DNA of 64,000 nucleotides. Source: an uncultured delta proteobacterium (GTDB lineage Bacteria > Myxococcota > Myxococcia > Myxococcales > Myxococcaceae). The notes beneath the pieces are model-generated. The model searched no databases and was not told where the DNA came from. It was given only the letters and a program-made list of their open reading frames with translations. Shown here piece after piece: positions 1 to 9,458 of the stretch; within the stretch, counting starts at the first letter, position 1, and each line of letters starts with the position of its first letter. The stretch covers positions 89,579-153,578 of the forward strand of contig CAVZMH010000024.1 of NCBI GenBank assembly GCA_963776345.1. The letters run 5' to 3'. Both the position numbers and the translations under genes were made by a program.

Positions 1-1068
1 CAGGAGACCACCGCCGCCATCGACGAGATGACCCGGAGCATCCTGGAGGTGGCGAAGGCCATCGACGAGCTCGGCGGCTCGACCGAGGAGACCTCGTTCA
101 GCATCAAGCAGATGGACCTCAGCATCGGCCAGGTGGAGACCAACGCCAACGAGACCGCGCGGCTCTCCGAGCAGATGTCGGCGGAGGCGGCGAACGGCGT
201 CCAGTCGCTCCAGAAGACGCTGGCCGGCATCGACCGCATCCGCGAGTCCAGCGAGCTGGCGGCGCGGGTCATCGAGGGGCTGGGCCACCGGGTGGGCGAG
301 GTGGTGGCCATCCTCGACGTCATCGACGAGGTGGCCGAGCAGACCAACCTCCTCGCCCTCAACGCCGCGATCATCGCCGCCCAGGCCGGCGAGCAGGGCA
401 AGGGCTTCGCGGTGGTCGCCGACGAGATCAAGGAGCTCGCCGAGCGCACCGGCGCCTCGACCAAGGAGATCTCCGAGCTCATCGCCCGGGTGCAGGAGGA
501 GAGCAGGAACGCGGTCGAGGCGGTGGAGCAGGGCGTGCGGCACGTGCAGGAGGGGGTCGAGCTGGGTCGCGACGCCGAGACCGCGCTGAAGCGGATCAGC
601 GCCACCGCCAACCGGAGCACGTTGATGGTGAAGGCCATCGCCCGGGCCACGGTGGAGCAGGCCCGGGGGAGCAGGAGCGTCACCTCGGCCGTCCAGCGCA
701 TCGCCGACACGGTGCAGTCGGTGACCCAGTCCGCGCAGGCCCAGGCCCACGGCACGGCCCGCATCACCCAGAGCGCGCAGCACATGCAGACCGTCACCGC
801 GGACGTGCAGCGGCGGAGCCAGGAGCAGGCGGCCGGCAGCCGGCAGATCACCCGGGGCCTCGAGGCGATGCGCGAGCGGGTCCAGCAGCTCGAGCGTGCG
901 CAGCGCGAGCAGACCCGCGGCTCGGCGGTGGTGCTCAAGACCATGGAGGCCATCCGGGGCGTCAGCGAGGAGCAGGCCCGCTCGGTGCGTCAGCTGGAGG
1001 AGGCCATCGCCCGGCTCCAGGAGGAGGCCGAGGTCCTTCGCGGGGAGGTGCGCCGGTTCCGTCTATGA
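1..1068 (+). CDS. Methyl-accepting chemotaxis protein (5'-partial)
   Basis: MCP signalling hairpin [43 protein letters not shown]; frame runs off the left edge. Confidence 0.93.
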   Translation, partial: QETTAAIDEMTRSILEVAKAIDELGGSTEETSFSIKQMDLSIGQVETNANETARLSEQMSAEAANGVQSLQKTLAGIDRIRESSELAARVIEGLGHRVGEVVAILDVIDEVAEQTNLLALNAAIIAAQAGEQGKGFAVVADEIKELAERTGASTKEISELIARVQEESRNAVEAVEQGVRHVQEGVELGRDAETALKRISATANRSTLMVKAIARATVEQARGSRSVTSAVQRIADTVQSVTQSAQAQAHGTARITQSAQHMQTVTADVQRRSQEQAAGSRQITRGLEAMRERVQQLERAQREQTRGSAVVLKTMEAIRGVSEEQARSVRQLEEAIARLQEEAEVLRGEVRRFRL

Positions 1069-1219
1069 GTCCCCGCCGCGCGCCGTATCGCAGGTGCTGT
1101 TCGTGCAACCCGACGGCAGGCTGGGCAACGTGCCGGCGCTCGGCCGGATGGCCATCGCGCTGACCCCGGTCCCGGGGGGAATGGCAACCGCCTCAAAAGA
1201 GGTTTAAGAGCGCGGAAGG

Positions 1220-1684
1220 ATGTTCAACCTTGGCGCCGGCGAGATCGCCGTCATCATGATCGTCGCCCTGCTGCTGCTCGGCCCGGACAAGCTGCCGGAG
1301 CTGGCACGCGGGATCGGCAAGTTCGTGCGCGAGTTCCGGCGGCAGACGGACGACGTGCGCGGCCTGGTCGAGCGCGAATTCTACAAGATGGACCAGGAGG
1401 TCTTCACCGAGGACCCCGCGCAGGCCAAGCGCATCGAGCCGCCCGCGCCGGCCGAGCCCGTGCCCCCGCCCGCCGTCGGTCCGGAGGGCGAGCTGACCCC
1501 GCCGGCGTACCCGTCCATCTTCCCGCCGCCCGAGGGAGTCGTCGCCGCGTCCTCGGCCGGCCCCGCGCCCCTGACGCCGGAGGAGCCGCCGGCGCCCGCC
1601 ACGCCCGTGGAGCCGGCCACGGCGCCGCCCTCCGAGCCCGTCGCCGCCGCGCATCCGGAGGGCGACCCCGCGCAGCATGGCTGA
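1220..1684 (+). CDS. tatB: Twin-arginine translocase subunit TatB
   Basis: MFNLGAGEIAVIMIVALLLLGPDKLPELARGIGK, Pro-rich tail, overlaps the tatC start. Confidence 0.9.
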   Translation: MFNLGAGEIAVIMIVALLLLGPDKLPELARGIGKFVREFRRQTDDVRGLVEREFYKMDQEVFTEDPAQAKRIEPPAPAEPVPPPAVGPEGELTPPAYPSIFPPPEGVVAASSAGPAPLTPEEPPAPATPVEPATAPPSEPVAAAHPEGDPAQHG

Positions 1685-2906
1685 GGAGCCGATCCAGGCG
1701 CGGATGAGCCTCGCCGAGCATCTCGGCGAGCTACGCAAGCGGCTCCTCCGCGTGGTCATCGCCGTGCTGGTGCTCGGCGCGGCGGGCCTGGTGTTCGCCC
1801 GGCCCATCTTCGGCTTCCTGATGAAGCCGGTGCTGGACGCGCTCCCGCCCGCGGACCGGAGCCTCATCTACACCTCGGGCATCGAGGAGCTGAACGTGTT
1901 GATGAAGGTCGGCCTGTACGCCGGCATCTTCCTCGCCACCCCCGTGCTCCTGGGGCAGGTCTGGGGCTTCGTCGCCCCGGGGCTCTACCCGCGCGAGCGG
2001 AAGTACGCCTTCCCCTTCGTGCTGCTCGGCTCGATCGCCTTCCTGCTCGGCGCGACGTTCTGCTACCTGGTGGTGCTGCCGACCATGTTCAATTTCCTGC
2101 TCTCCAGCGGGGAGACCGGGCCGATCAAGGCGCGGGTGGAGCGGGCGCGGGCGGTGGAGCTGGAGGCGCTGCGCTTCGCCCGTTCGGGTGATTTCGAGCG
2201 CGCCGCCAACCTGGCCGACGGTGAGGTCCAGCGGCTGACCGGCCTCGGCGACGGACGGGTGTCCACGCCCGACCGGTTTGCCGACGGGGTGGTGGAGCTG
2301 CAGGCCCGGCTCGAGGCCGAGGGGCGGCTGCTGGACTCGACCCGCGACGGACTCGGGCTGGGCGCCGCGCCGGCGCTCCGACAATCGCTGGAGAAGCGGA
2401 TGGAGGCGGTGGACGCGTTCCAGTCCGGCTCGCTGGGGAAGGCGTCGGAGTCGCTGGAGCAGTCGGCCTCGCTGCTCGCCGGCGCCGCCGGGAGCCAGGG
2501 CTCCCAGGTGGCGAGGCTGTGGAAGATGCAGAAGACGCTCGCCGCAGGTCAGAGCTCGCTGGCCCAGGAGGCCTGGACCCGTCCGCTGCTCACCATGAGC
2601 GAGCAGCTGTCCCTGGTGCTGATGCTCCTGCTCGCGCTCGGGGTGGTGTTCGAGCTGCCGCTGGTGATGGCCCTGCTCGCCGCGCTGGGTTTGGTGAAGG
2701 CGCGCTTCCTGATGAGGTACCAGCGGCACGCCATCGTGGTCTGCCTCATCCTCGCCGCGGTCATCACCCCGACGGGCGACCCCATCAACATGGGCATCCT
2801 CGCCGGGCCGATGCTGCTCTGCTACGAGGTGGGCGTGGTGGCCGCCTGGCTCATCGAGCGCCGGCGGACGCGGAACTCGGCGGAGACCGCGCTCACCCCC
2901 ACCTGA
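1677..2906 (+). CDS. tatC: Twin-arginine translocase subunit TatC with a large inserted soluble region
   Basis: MSLAEHLGELRKRL, WGFVAPGLYPRE, FELPLV, AAVITPTGDP motifs. Confidence 0.93.
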   Translation: MAEEPIQARMSLAEHLGELRKRLLRVVIAVLVLGAAGLVFARPIFGFLMKPVLDALPPADRSLIYTSGIEELNVLMKVGLYAGIFLATPVLLGQVWGFVAPGLYPRERKYAFPFVLLGSIAFLLGATFCYLVVLPTMFNFLLSSGETGPIKARVERARAVELEALRFARSGDFERAANLADGEVQRLTGLGDGRVSTPDRFADGVVELQARLEAEGRLLDSTRDGLGLGAAPALRQSLEKRMEAVDAFQSGSLGKASESLEQSASLLAGAAGSQGSQVARLWKMQKTLAAGQSSLAQEAWTRPLLTMSEQLSLVLMLLLALGVVFELPLVMALLAALGLVKARFLMRYQRHAIVVCLILAAVITPTGDPINMGILAGPMLLCYEVGVVAAWLIERRRTRNSAETALTPT

Positions 2907-4693
2907 GCCCCGGTCGCTCCGCGGCGGTCGACGCGCGTCGGCCGGCGCCGGCTCGCCCAGGCGACGACGGCGAGGAGGGCGAGCGCCCCGCCCGGTCCGC
3001 TTCCGGTGCTGCTGCAGCCCGAGGCCCGGGTGGCGACCACGGTGGTGCTCGCGTCGCGGGCGGCCGGCGCGGGGCTTCCGCCCGAGATGTGGAACGCGAC
3101 CGACACCTGTGACGGTGCGCCGCTCCTCAGGGCGTAGCTGGCGATGACCGTCTTCACCGCTCCTGCGGCGAGGTCCCCCAGGGCGCAGGGAAGGCCCCCC
3201 GAGCAGTCGAGCGACGTCGACTCGAGCACCAGCGACGGGTCGGCGCTGGCATCGAGCACCACCCCGGTGGCGGGGGCGCTCCCGCGGTTGACGACCTGCA
3301 CGATGAACCGGGGGGCCCGGCCGCCGCTGAAGTCCGGTCCGAGCGTCGTCGCGCCGATGCTCAGCCCGGTGGGTGGAGACCAGCCCACGTCCTGCAGCGC
3401 TGCCGGGGTGAGGTCCAGGGTCCGCGGCAGGTGAGGGTTGATGGTGGGCTCCATCAAGAGGGGAGGCGAGGCGCTGGAGTCCCAGTGCCCCACGCTCGAG
3501 CCGTCGGAGAAGGCGCTGGGGGTGTAGAGCAGCACGTCCCCGGCGAGGTTCTCGCCGGCGCGCCGCCCGTCTCCGTCGACCAGCACCGTGGCGCCGCCGG
3601 CGTCGAGCACCGCTTCGAGCGTCGCGCCGTCCTCGTAGGAGATGCCCCACACCGGGATGGTGAGGTCGGACCCGGCGTCGCCGGTGTACGAGACCGGTCC
3701 GGCGCCGGGCGCACCGTGGCGGACCAGGAGACCCACCGCGCCGGCGGCCTGCGCGTTCAGCGCGCGCTGGGAGACGAAGCAGACCAGTCCGCCGTCGGGC
3801 CGGAGCGTGCGCTCGGCGAGCACCAGCGCGCCGGGGACCGGGACGATGGGGGCGCAGGCATCGACCGCGCTGCCGCCATCGCTGTCCTGGGCGAGCACCA
3901 GCGGGGCGGTGAGGGTGACGTGACCCGGTCCGAAGCGGGCGCGGGCGACGGGGAACGCCCCTCCGTCCGGGAGCCGGAGCACCCCGTCCGTCTTGTCCAG
4001 GATCGAGTCCTTGGTGGCCCGCACCGCGGGGCCGATCCAGCTCACGCCCAGGGGCCGCCGGATGGCCGCGTCGTAGTCGGCCGTGGAGAGCTGGGAGAGG
4101 AGGACACCGCTCGTGTCGTCGAGGGCCTGGTCGCGGAACGCGGTCGCCGACTTGATGAAGCCGAGCCCGTGCGCGAGCTCGTGCATGAACACCGAGGGCA
4201 GGTCGGTCATCCCGGTGGGCGCGACGTTGTCCAGGCCGGTGTACCAGTGGGTGACCGCGCAATCGGACTGGCCCACGCGGGAGTTGAAGCGTGCGTCGAT
4301 CTCCTCCCGCCCCGGGTCGAGGTCGCGCCCGGCGCGCTCGTTCGCCAGCGCCGCCGGGAAGCGGCTGCTGTCGTAGAGCGCGGTCGGCCCGGTCGCTCCG
4401 AGCACCGCGGTGCCGCCCGAGCAGTCGAGGTCGGTGAACTCGGTGCGGATGGAGATGGGGACCTGGTTGCCGAGCGTGGCCGACCAGAGCGCGGCGGCAT
4501 ACTGGGAAGCGATCAGCCGCTGTTCGCCGATGCTCGTCCCCGGGTTGCCGCCCACCGGGACGGTGGCCGTGCGGTCGTTCAGGCCCTCGCCCGAGCCGTT
4601 GGCGTTCACGATGCGGATCTCGGCTCCGCCCAGGGCCGCCGGACAGACGAGCAGGCACGCGAGCCCCAGCGCCCGGACGCGGCGAGCGGTCAT
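2822..4693 (-). CDS. Secreted zinc metalloprotease with PA domain, DUF11-like domain and MYXO-CTERM-like tail
   Basis: Signal peptide from MTARRVRALGLACLL; HELAHGLGF zinc motif; PA domain (ALNAQAAGAVGLLV); GCSST..LALLAVVAWASRRR tail; ATG overlaps the upstream stop. Confidence 0.8.
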   Translation of the reverse strand: MTARRVRALGLACLLVCPAALGGAEIRIVNANGSGEGLNDRTATVPVGGNPGTSIGEQRLIASQYAAALWSATLGNQVPISIRTEFTDLDCSGGTAVLGATGPTALYDSSRFPAALANERAGRDLDPGREEIDARFNSRVGQSDCAVTHWYTGLDNVAPTGMTDLPSVFMHELAHGLGFIKSATAFRDQALDDTSGVLLSQLSTADYDAAIRRPLGVSWIGPAVRATKDSILDKTDGVLRLPDGGAFPVARARFGPGHVTLTAPLVLAQDSDGGSAVDACAPIVPVPGALVLAERTLRPDGGLVCFVSQRALNAQAAGAVGLLVRHGAPGAGPVSYTGDAGSDLTIPVWGISYEDGATLEAVLDAGGATVLVDGDGRRAGENLAGDVLLYTPSAFSDGSSVGHWDSSASPPLLMEPTINPHLPRTLDLTPAALQDVGWSPPTGLSIGATTLGPDFSGGRAPRFIVQVVNRGSAPATGVVLDASADPSLVLESTSLDCSGGLPCALGDLAAGAVKTVIASYALRSGAPSQVSVAFHISGGSPAPAARDASTTVVATRASGCSSTGSGPGGALALLAVVAWASRRRPTRVDRRGATGAQVGVSAVSAEFRVRRRSMSQAATTPTS

Positions 4694-5028
4694 CGCTCCT
4701 CGTCGGGCGGCCGGACCAGCGCCTCCGCTCCGTCCTCGCTGTCCACGCACCCGACCCGGAGGGTGCCGTCGGGCGCGAGGTACCCGAGCACCACCGCGGT
4801 TGGCCCTGGCGTCACCGCGGCGCCGGACGAGTCGCGGGCGGTCGGCGTGGACAGGGCGTTCCGGGCGAGGTGGGGACGCACCAGCGCCCGGGCGGTGGAC
4901 CTGGCCGAGGGGCCGGACTCCGGGGCGCCGGTTCCGGGGCCGCAGCCCAGGATGGCCGAGGTTCCGAGAGCCAGGAGGACCCAGCACGCGCGGGGACGGA
5001 GGATCGGCAAGCGGCTTCCCAGCATCAT
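4690..5028 (-). CDS. Small lipoprotein coupled to the PA-domain protease
   Basis: Lipobox-like AILGC after a hydrophobic stretch; C-terminal GYLAPDGTLRVGCVDS; ATGA overlap with the protease. Confidence 0.65.
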   Translation of the reverse strand: MMLGSRLPILRPRACWVLLALGTSAILGCGPGTGAPESGPSARSTARALVRPHLARNALSTPTARDSSGAAVTPGPTAVVLGYLAPDGTLRVGCVDSEDGAEALVRPPDEER

Positions 5029-5087
5029 CGGGGGCCCCCCTTCCCGGCAAGGCGTGGTATCGATGCTGAACAGAGGGTGACGGCGCG

Positions 5088-5297
5088 ATGACGACGGATG
5101 GCGCGAAGACCTCGCGGGAGCGGGCGAAGGAGATCGCCGAGCAGCGGCGGGCCGAGCGGCGGCAGCGGAAGCGCCACTGCGTCCTGTGCGGCGTGGAGGA
5201 AACGGACCGGACCCCCCTCGGCCCTCACCCGGACGGCGTCGGTCCGTCGTGCCGCGAGGAGTCGGCCTGCGTCGCCCGCAGGGCACGCTCGCTGTAG
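5088..5297 (+). CDS. Small hypothetical protein with four Cys (possible Zn finger)
   Basis: CVLC...C-x5-C; charged helical N-terminus. Confidence 0.6.
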   Translation: MTTDGAKTSRERAKEIAEQRRAERRQRKRHCVLCGVEETDRTPLGPHPDGVGPSCREESACVARRARSL

Positions 5298-5349
5298 CTT
5301 TCCAATGCCGTTGCTCCCTCCGCGACATCGGAGGTAAGAAGAATCCCTC

Positions 5350-5562
5350 ATGGCCAGCGCCCCCTTCACCGGAGTGAAGGTGTTCTCGACGACGCTCGCC
5401 CGGGACCGGGAGACCATGGGTGACAACATCACCAAGTGGCTCCGGGACAACCCCGGGGTCGAGGTGGTGGACCGCGTGGTGACCCAGAGCTCCGACAAGG
5501 AGTTCCACTGCCTGACCATCACCCTGTTCTACCGGCACCGAGAGGCGGCTTCCCGGAGCTGA
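5350..5562 (+). CDS. Small hypothetical protein
   Basis: Protein-like composition FTGVKVFSTTLARDRE...QSSDKEFHCLTITLFY; GC3-biased codons. Confidence 0.75.
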   Translation: MASAPFTGVKVFSTTLARDRETMGDNITKWLRDNPGVEVVDRVVTQSSDKEFHCLTITLFYRHREAASRS

Positions 5563-5622
5563 TCGAACGCGGCGGGCGCGGGGGGGTTGCGCGCCGGCCC
5601 CGGGTCGGGGAGACCTCTGGGG

Positions 5623-6345
5623 ATGCGTCCCATGCGCCGGGGTTTCCGGCCCGTCCTTCCAGGTCTCCAGGGTGCCGCCGCGTGGCTCGCGGTCGCGCTC
5701 GTCGTCGGCTCGGTGGTCTTCGCGCTCACCCACGAGGGCGTGGGCGGCCTGCTTCTCCTCGTCCCCGGCGCGGTGCTCCGCGGGCTCCTCTGGCAGCCCC
5801 TCACCTACGGCTTCGTCGAGAACTCGCCGATGGGCGTCATCTTCGGGGCGCTCATCGTCTGGCAGCTCGGCGGAGCGCTCGAGCAGACCTGGGGCTCCCG
5901 GCGGATGGCGCTGTTCGCGGTGGGCACCACGGTGCTCGCGGGCATCGGCACGGTCCTCCTCGCGCTCGCGGTTCCGGCGCTCCGCTCCCTCCCCTTCTCC
6001 GGCGGCTTCGTGATGGGCTCGGCGCTCTGGGTCGCGTACGGGCTCAGCTTCGGACGGCGGCAGACCAGCTTCTGGGGCCTGCCGGTGAGCGGGAACGTGT
6101 TCGCGCTGATCGGCGTGGGCTTCGTGTTCCTGAATGGGGCCTTCTCCAGCTTCTACCGGGTCCTCCCCGACGCCTTGGCGCTGCTGCTGACCTGGGCCTA
6201 CTTGCGACTGGGTGGCCCGTCGGACTGGCTGCTCCGGCTCCAGGATTGGAGGCTGAAGCGGCAGCTCCGGTCCCGCAGCAAGCACCTGACGCTGGTCAGC
6301 CCTGACCGGAATACCCCGAGGGATTCCGACCGTTTCATCCAGTGA
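5623..6345 (+). CDS. Rhomboid-like/DUF1751 membrane protein
   Basis: WQPLTYGF and GGALEQTWGSRR motifs, several TM segments; start may be 5632. Confidence 0.7.
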   Translation: MRPMRRGFRPVLPGLQGAAAWLAVALVVGSVVFALTHEGVGGLLLLVPGAVLRGLLWQPLTYGFVENSPMGVIFGALIVWQLGGALEQTWGSRRMALFAVGTTVLAGIGTVLLALAVPALRSLPFSGGFVMGSALWVAYGLSFGRRQTSFWGLPVSGNVFALIGVGFVFLNGAFSSFYRVLPDALALLLTWAYLRLGGPSDWLLRLQDWRLKRQLRSRSKHLTLVSPDRNTPRDSDRFIQ

Positions 6346-6441
6346 GACGGTCTGTTTCACGACGGAATCGTTGAATCACGCGCGCGGGGGAGGCATCCAA
6401 CGGCCCGCGTCTCAGCTACCCCTCGATTCCGGAGACACCCC

Positions 6442-7032
6442 ATGCGCTCGTTCGTTGCCCTTGCAGCCCTCGTTGCACTCCCCGCCGCCGCCTCGACCTG
6501 GGACGTGGACCCTGCCCACACCGAGAGCTCCTTCGTCGTGCGGCACATGATGGTGAGCAACGTCCGCGGTCAGTTCGGCAAGACCACCGGCGTCATCCAG
6601 CAGGACGACAAGGACCTCACCAAGAGCTCGGCGGAGATCACCATCGACGCGACCACCGTCGACACCCGCGAGCCCAAGCGCGACGCCCACCTCAGGTCGC
6701 CCGACTTCTTCGACGTCGAGAAGTTCCCGACCATCACCTTCAAGTCCACCAAGGTCACCAAGGGCGAGGGCAACAGCCTCAAGGTCTCGGGCGATCTCAC
6801 CATCCACGGCGTGACCAAGCCGGTGGTGCTGAACCTCGAGTACACGCCCGAGACGCTGGCCGGCGGCAAGATGCGCCGCGGTCTCACCGCCACCACCAAG
6901 GTCAACCGCAAGGACTTCGGGCTGCTCTGGAACAAGTCCATCGAGGCCGGTGGGGTCATCGTCGGTGACGAGGTCACCATCAACGTCGAGATGGAGCTCA
7001 TCAAGCAGGGCCCGCCCACCGCGTCGAAGTGA
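6442..7032 (+). CDS. yceI: YceI-family lipid/polyisoprenoid-binding protein
   Basis: WDVDPAHT, VRGQF, RDAHLRSPDFFDVEKFPTITFKST, GDLTIHGVTKPV. Confidence 0.93.
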   Translation: MRSFVALAALVALPAAASTWDVDPAHTESSFVVRHMMVSNVRGQFGKTTGVIQQDDKDLTKSSAEITIDATTVDTREPKRDAHLRSPDFFDVEKFPTITFKSTKVTKGEGNSLKVSGDLTIHGVTKPVVLNLEYTPETLAGGKMRRGLTATTKVNRKDFGLLWNKSIEAGGVIVGDEVTINVEMELIKQGPPTASK

Positions 7033-7042
7033 CGCGGGCGCC

Positions 7043-9262
7043 CTACGCGGCGTTGATCGACTGGACCCCCGCCCGGAAGACGTAGATCCGGGCGGTGTGC
7101 GTGCGGGTGTCGGCGGGCACGAGGAAGAAGCCCTGCTCGCCCGCGTCGACGTCCTCGGAGAAGCCGACGATCTGCCTGCCGTCGGCGAAGGCCACGCGGA
7201 TTCGCCGCCCCGTCGAGGAGAGGGGCGCCGTCCCGGGCTCCTGCATGAAGAAGATGGCCTTCACCCGCTCGGCGGCGATCGCCTCGGGCGGCCGGCCGGG
7301 CTGGGCCAGGCGGATGACCGGGTCGAGCAGGTCCACGTCCTTCACCGTTCCGCGGCGGACCTGACCCTCGAGGGTGTGGAGCACCACGCGGTGCTCCCCC
7401 TCGACGAAGGTCGGGCTGAGGTACGCGCCGCCGAAGACCTCCGCCCCCGTGGCCACGTCGGTCGCAGGGGGCGGGGTGGGCTCGGACGGGCCCGACTCGG
7501 CGTCGTCCATCACGTCGAGCGACGCCGGGGTGAGCAGGAGGGACTTCCCCTTCGCGAACGGTCCGCTGCGGCCGAAGGCGGTGTTGAGCTGGGGCGGCTC
7601 GGGGCGCGCCGCGCTGAGCGCCGGGACGAGACGGCCGTCGTCGCCGAGGGCGAACGCCGCGGGGGGCGGCGGCGGTGGCACACCGGCCCCGGCTCCGGAG
7701 GCGCGTGACGCCATCACCGGGGCCGGAGGCGCGGCCGGCGCCCGCTGCGGCTCGGGCGCGGCAGGTGGCTCGGGCGCGGCCACCGGCGCGGCGACCGGTC
7801 GCGGCGGCGGTGGTCCGGGCGGTGGCCTGGGGACGGAGATCCGAGGCGCCGCCGGAGGGGGCGGGGGGGGCTCCGCCTCCAGCTCGGGCAGCGTCTCGAG
7901 CGCGGCCGGCTGGAAGGTCCCGGGCTCGGCCGCCAGCTCCGCCCCCGTCGCCTGGAGGTCCTCGGGGGCGAAGGTGGGCCCGTCGCCCTGGTCGTCGAAC
8001 GCGAGCGCGCGTGGGTCCTGGGGCTGCTCGCCGACGAACTCGTAGAGCCCGGCGAGCGGCACCGGGTCCTCGGGCTGGCCGCCGAGCTCGGGCTCGGGGC
8101 CGCTCTCGCTCTCCAGCAGCACCACGTCCGCCGAGGACAGCTCGATGGGGGCGGCGGCGTCGGCGAAGCCGGGCTCGCCCGAGTCGGCCACGTCGAGCGG
8201 CGTCGCTCCGAGATCCGCCGGGGCCAGCGCCTCCGGCGTGGCCTGGACCGCGCCCCAGGGGAGCTCCTCCGCGCCCGGAGGTGGCTCGGCCTCGGAGGCC
8301 TCGACGACGGCGTCGATGCGCTCGGCGAGGCTCGGGCGGTGGGGCGCGTCGGCGGCTCCGGTGTCCCCTCCAGCCGCGGCCTCGAGCGCGACGTCCGGAG
8401 GAACGGCTCCAGGCTCCACGGGAGGAAGGAGCTCGAGCGACGGTGCGGTGTCCTCGGGTGCCGCCAGGAGCTCGTCGGCGCCGGCCGGCGTCAGGGTCGC
8501 GCCCGGGTCGGGCAGCGCCTCGAGCGTGGGCTGGGAGGTGGGCTCGGCAGCGGCGAGCGGCTCGAGGTCCGGCAGCGTCGTCTGCAGGCCCGGGTCCGTC
8601 GGGGCCTCGGCGGCCGCCTCGAGCGTGGGCTGGGTGGTGGGCTCGGCAACGGCGGGCGGCTCGAGGTCCGGCAGCGTCGTCGTCCACTCGGCGGCGGCTT
8701 GGGTCTGCAGGCCCGGGTCCGTCGGGGGCTCGGCGGCCACCTCGCGCACGGGCTGGGTGGTGGGCTCGGCAGCGGCGGACTGCTCGAGCTCCGGCAGCGT
8801 CGTCGTCCACTCGGCGGCGGCCTGGGTCTTCAGGCCTGGGTCCATCGGGGGCTCGCCGGCCGCCTCGAGCGTGGGCTGGGTGGTGGGCTCCGCGACCGGC
8901 TGCCGGACGTCGGCTGGTGGACTCACCGGCCCGGGAGCGGGCTCGACGCCGCGCGGTGGCGTGACCGGGGTCTCGAGGCGAGGAAGGGAGAAGACCGGCA
9001 CGGGCGTCGGCCCTGCCGGTCGCGCGACCGCGGTCGCGCTGGCCGCCGTGACGGTGCGTGGGGCGTCGGCGGCTGGACCGGAGGGCGGAGCGACGGCGCC
9101 AGGCTGAGGGCCTGCAGGCCGGGCCTCCGCCGGTTCGGACGGCAAGCCCAGCCTCTCCCGCAACTCGGCGAGCCGGCCCCGCTCCTGCTCGGTGAGACCC
9201 TGCGTACTTCGCTTCTCGCTGAGGGAGCGCAGCTCGCGGATGGCCGCGCGCGTGTCGGACAT
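7043..9262 (-). CDS. Acidic Pro-rich protein with tandem repeats and a conserved-looking C-terminal domain (DUF6982-like)
   Basis: N-terminal helix MSDTRAAIRELRSL; low-complexity middle; C-terminal VKAIFF...IRVAFADGRQIVGFS...GFFLVPAD. Confidence 0.75.
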   Translation of the reverse strand: MSDTRAAIRELRSLSEKRSTQGLTEQERGRLAELRERLGLPSEPAEARPAGPQPGAVAPPSGPAADAPRTVTAASATAVARPAGPTPVPVFSLPRLETPVTPPRGVEPAPGPVSPPADVRQPVAEPTTQPTLEAAGEPPMDPGLKTQAAAEWTTTLPELEQSAAAEPTTQPVREVAAEPPTDPGLQTQAAAEWTTTLPDLEPPAVAEPTTQPTLEAAAEAPTDPGLQTTLPDLEPLAAAEPTSQPTLEALPDPGATLTPAGADELLAAPEDTAPSLELLPPVEPGAVPPDVALEAAAGGDTGAADAPHRPSLAERIDAVVEASEAEPPPGAEELPWGAVQATPEALAPADLGATPLDVADSGEPGFADAAAPIELSSADVVLLESESGPEPELGGQPEDPVPLAGLYEFVGEQPQDPRALAFDDQGDGPTFAPEDLQATGAELAAEPGTFQPAALETLPELEAEPPPPPPAAPRISVPRPPPGPPPPRPVAAPVAAPEPPAAPEPQRAPAAPPAPVMASRASGAGAGVPPPPPPAAFALGDDGRLVPALSAARPEPPQLNTAFGRSGPFAKGKSLLLTPASLDVMDDAESGPSEPTPPPATDVATGAEVFGGAYLSPTFVEGEHRVVLHTLEGQVRRGTVKDVDLLDPVIRLAQPGRPPEAIAAERVKAIFFMQEPGTAPLSSTGRRIRVAFADGRQIVGFSEDVDAGEQGFFLVPADTRTHTARIYVFRAGVQSINAA
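8516..8894 (-). repeat. Coding tandem repeat, 123-bp (41-aa) unit, ~3.3 copies
   Basis: Anchor gggctggg at 8873, 8750, 8627, 8528 (spacing 123, 123, 99); AEPTTQPTLE...DPGLQTQAAAEWTTTLPDLE. Confidence 0.9.
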
Positions 9263-9458
9263 CGTTCGAGGGGAGTGTACCGGGCAACCCGGGGGCGACG
9301 AAAGGAATGGGCAGGCGCGCGAACGCACGGGTTGAAGCCGTGACGCAACCCTCCCACCTGGGCGACCGTCACCTACCTGCGCCTTGTGTCGAGCCCTGCG
9401 GTGCGCCAGAAACAGGTCGTCGGCCTAACGGCGCCGTTTCCCCACATCGGGAGTACCC

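Noticed and set aside
1065..1207. Small ORFs between the MCP gene and tatB
   Set aside because: No recognisable motif or convincing start; probably the tatB promoter region
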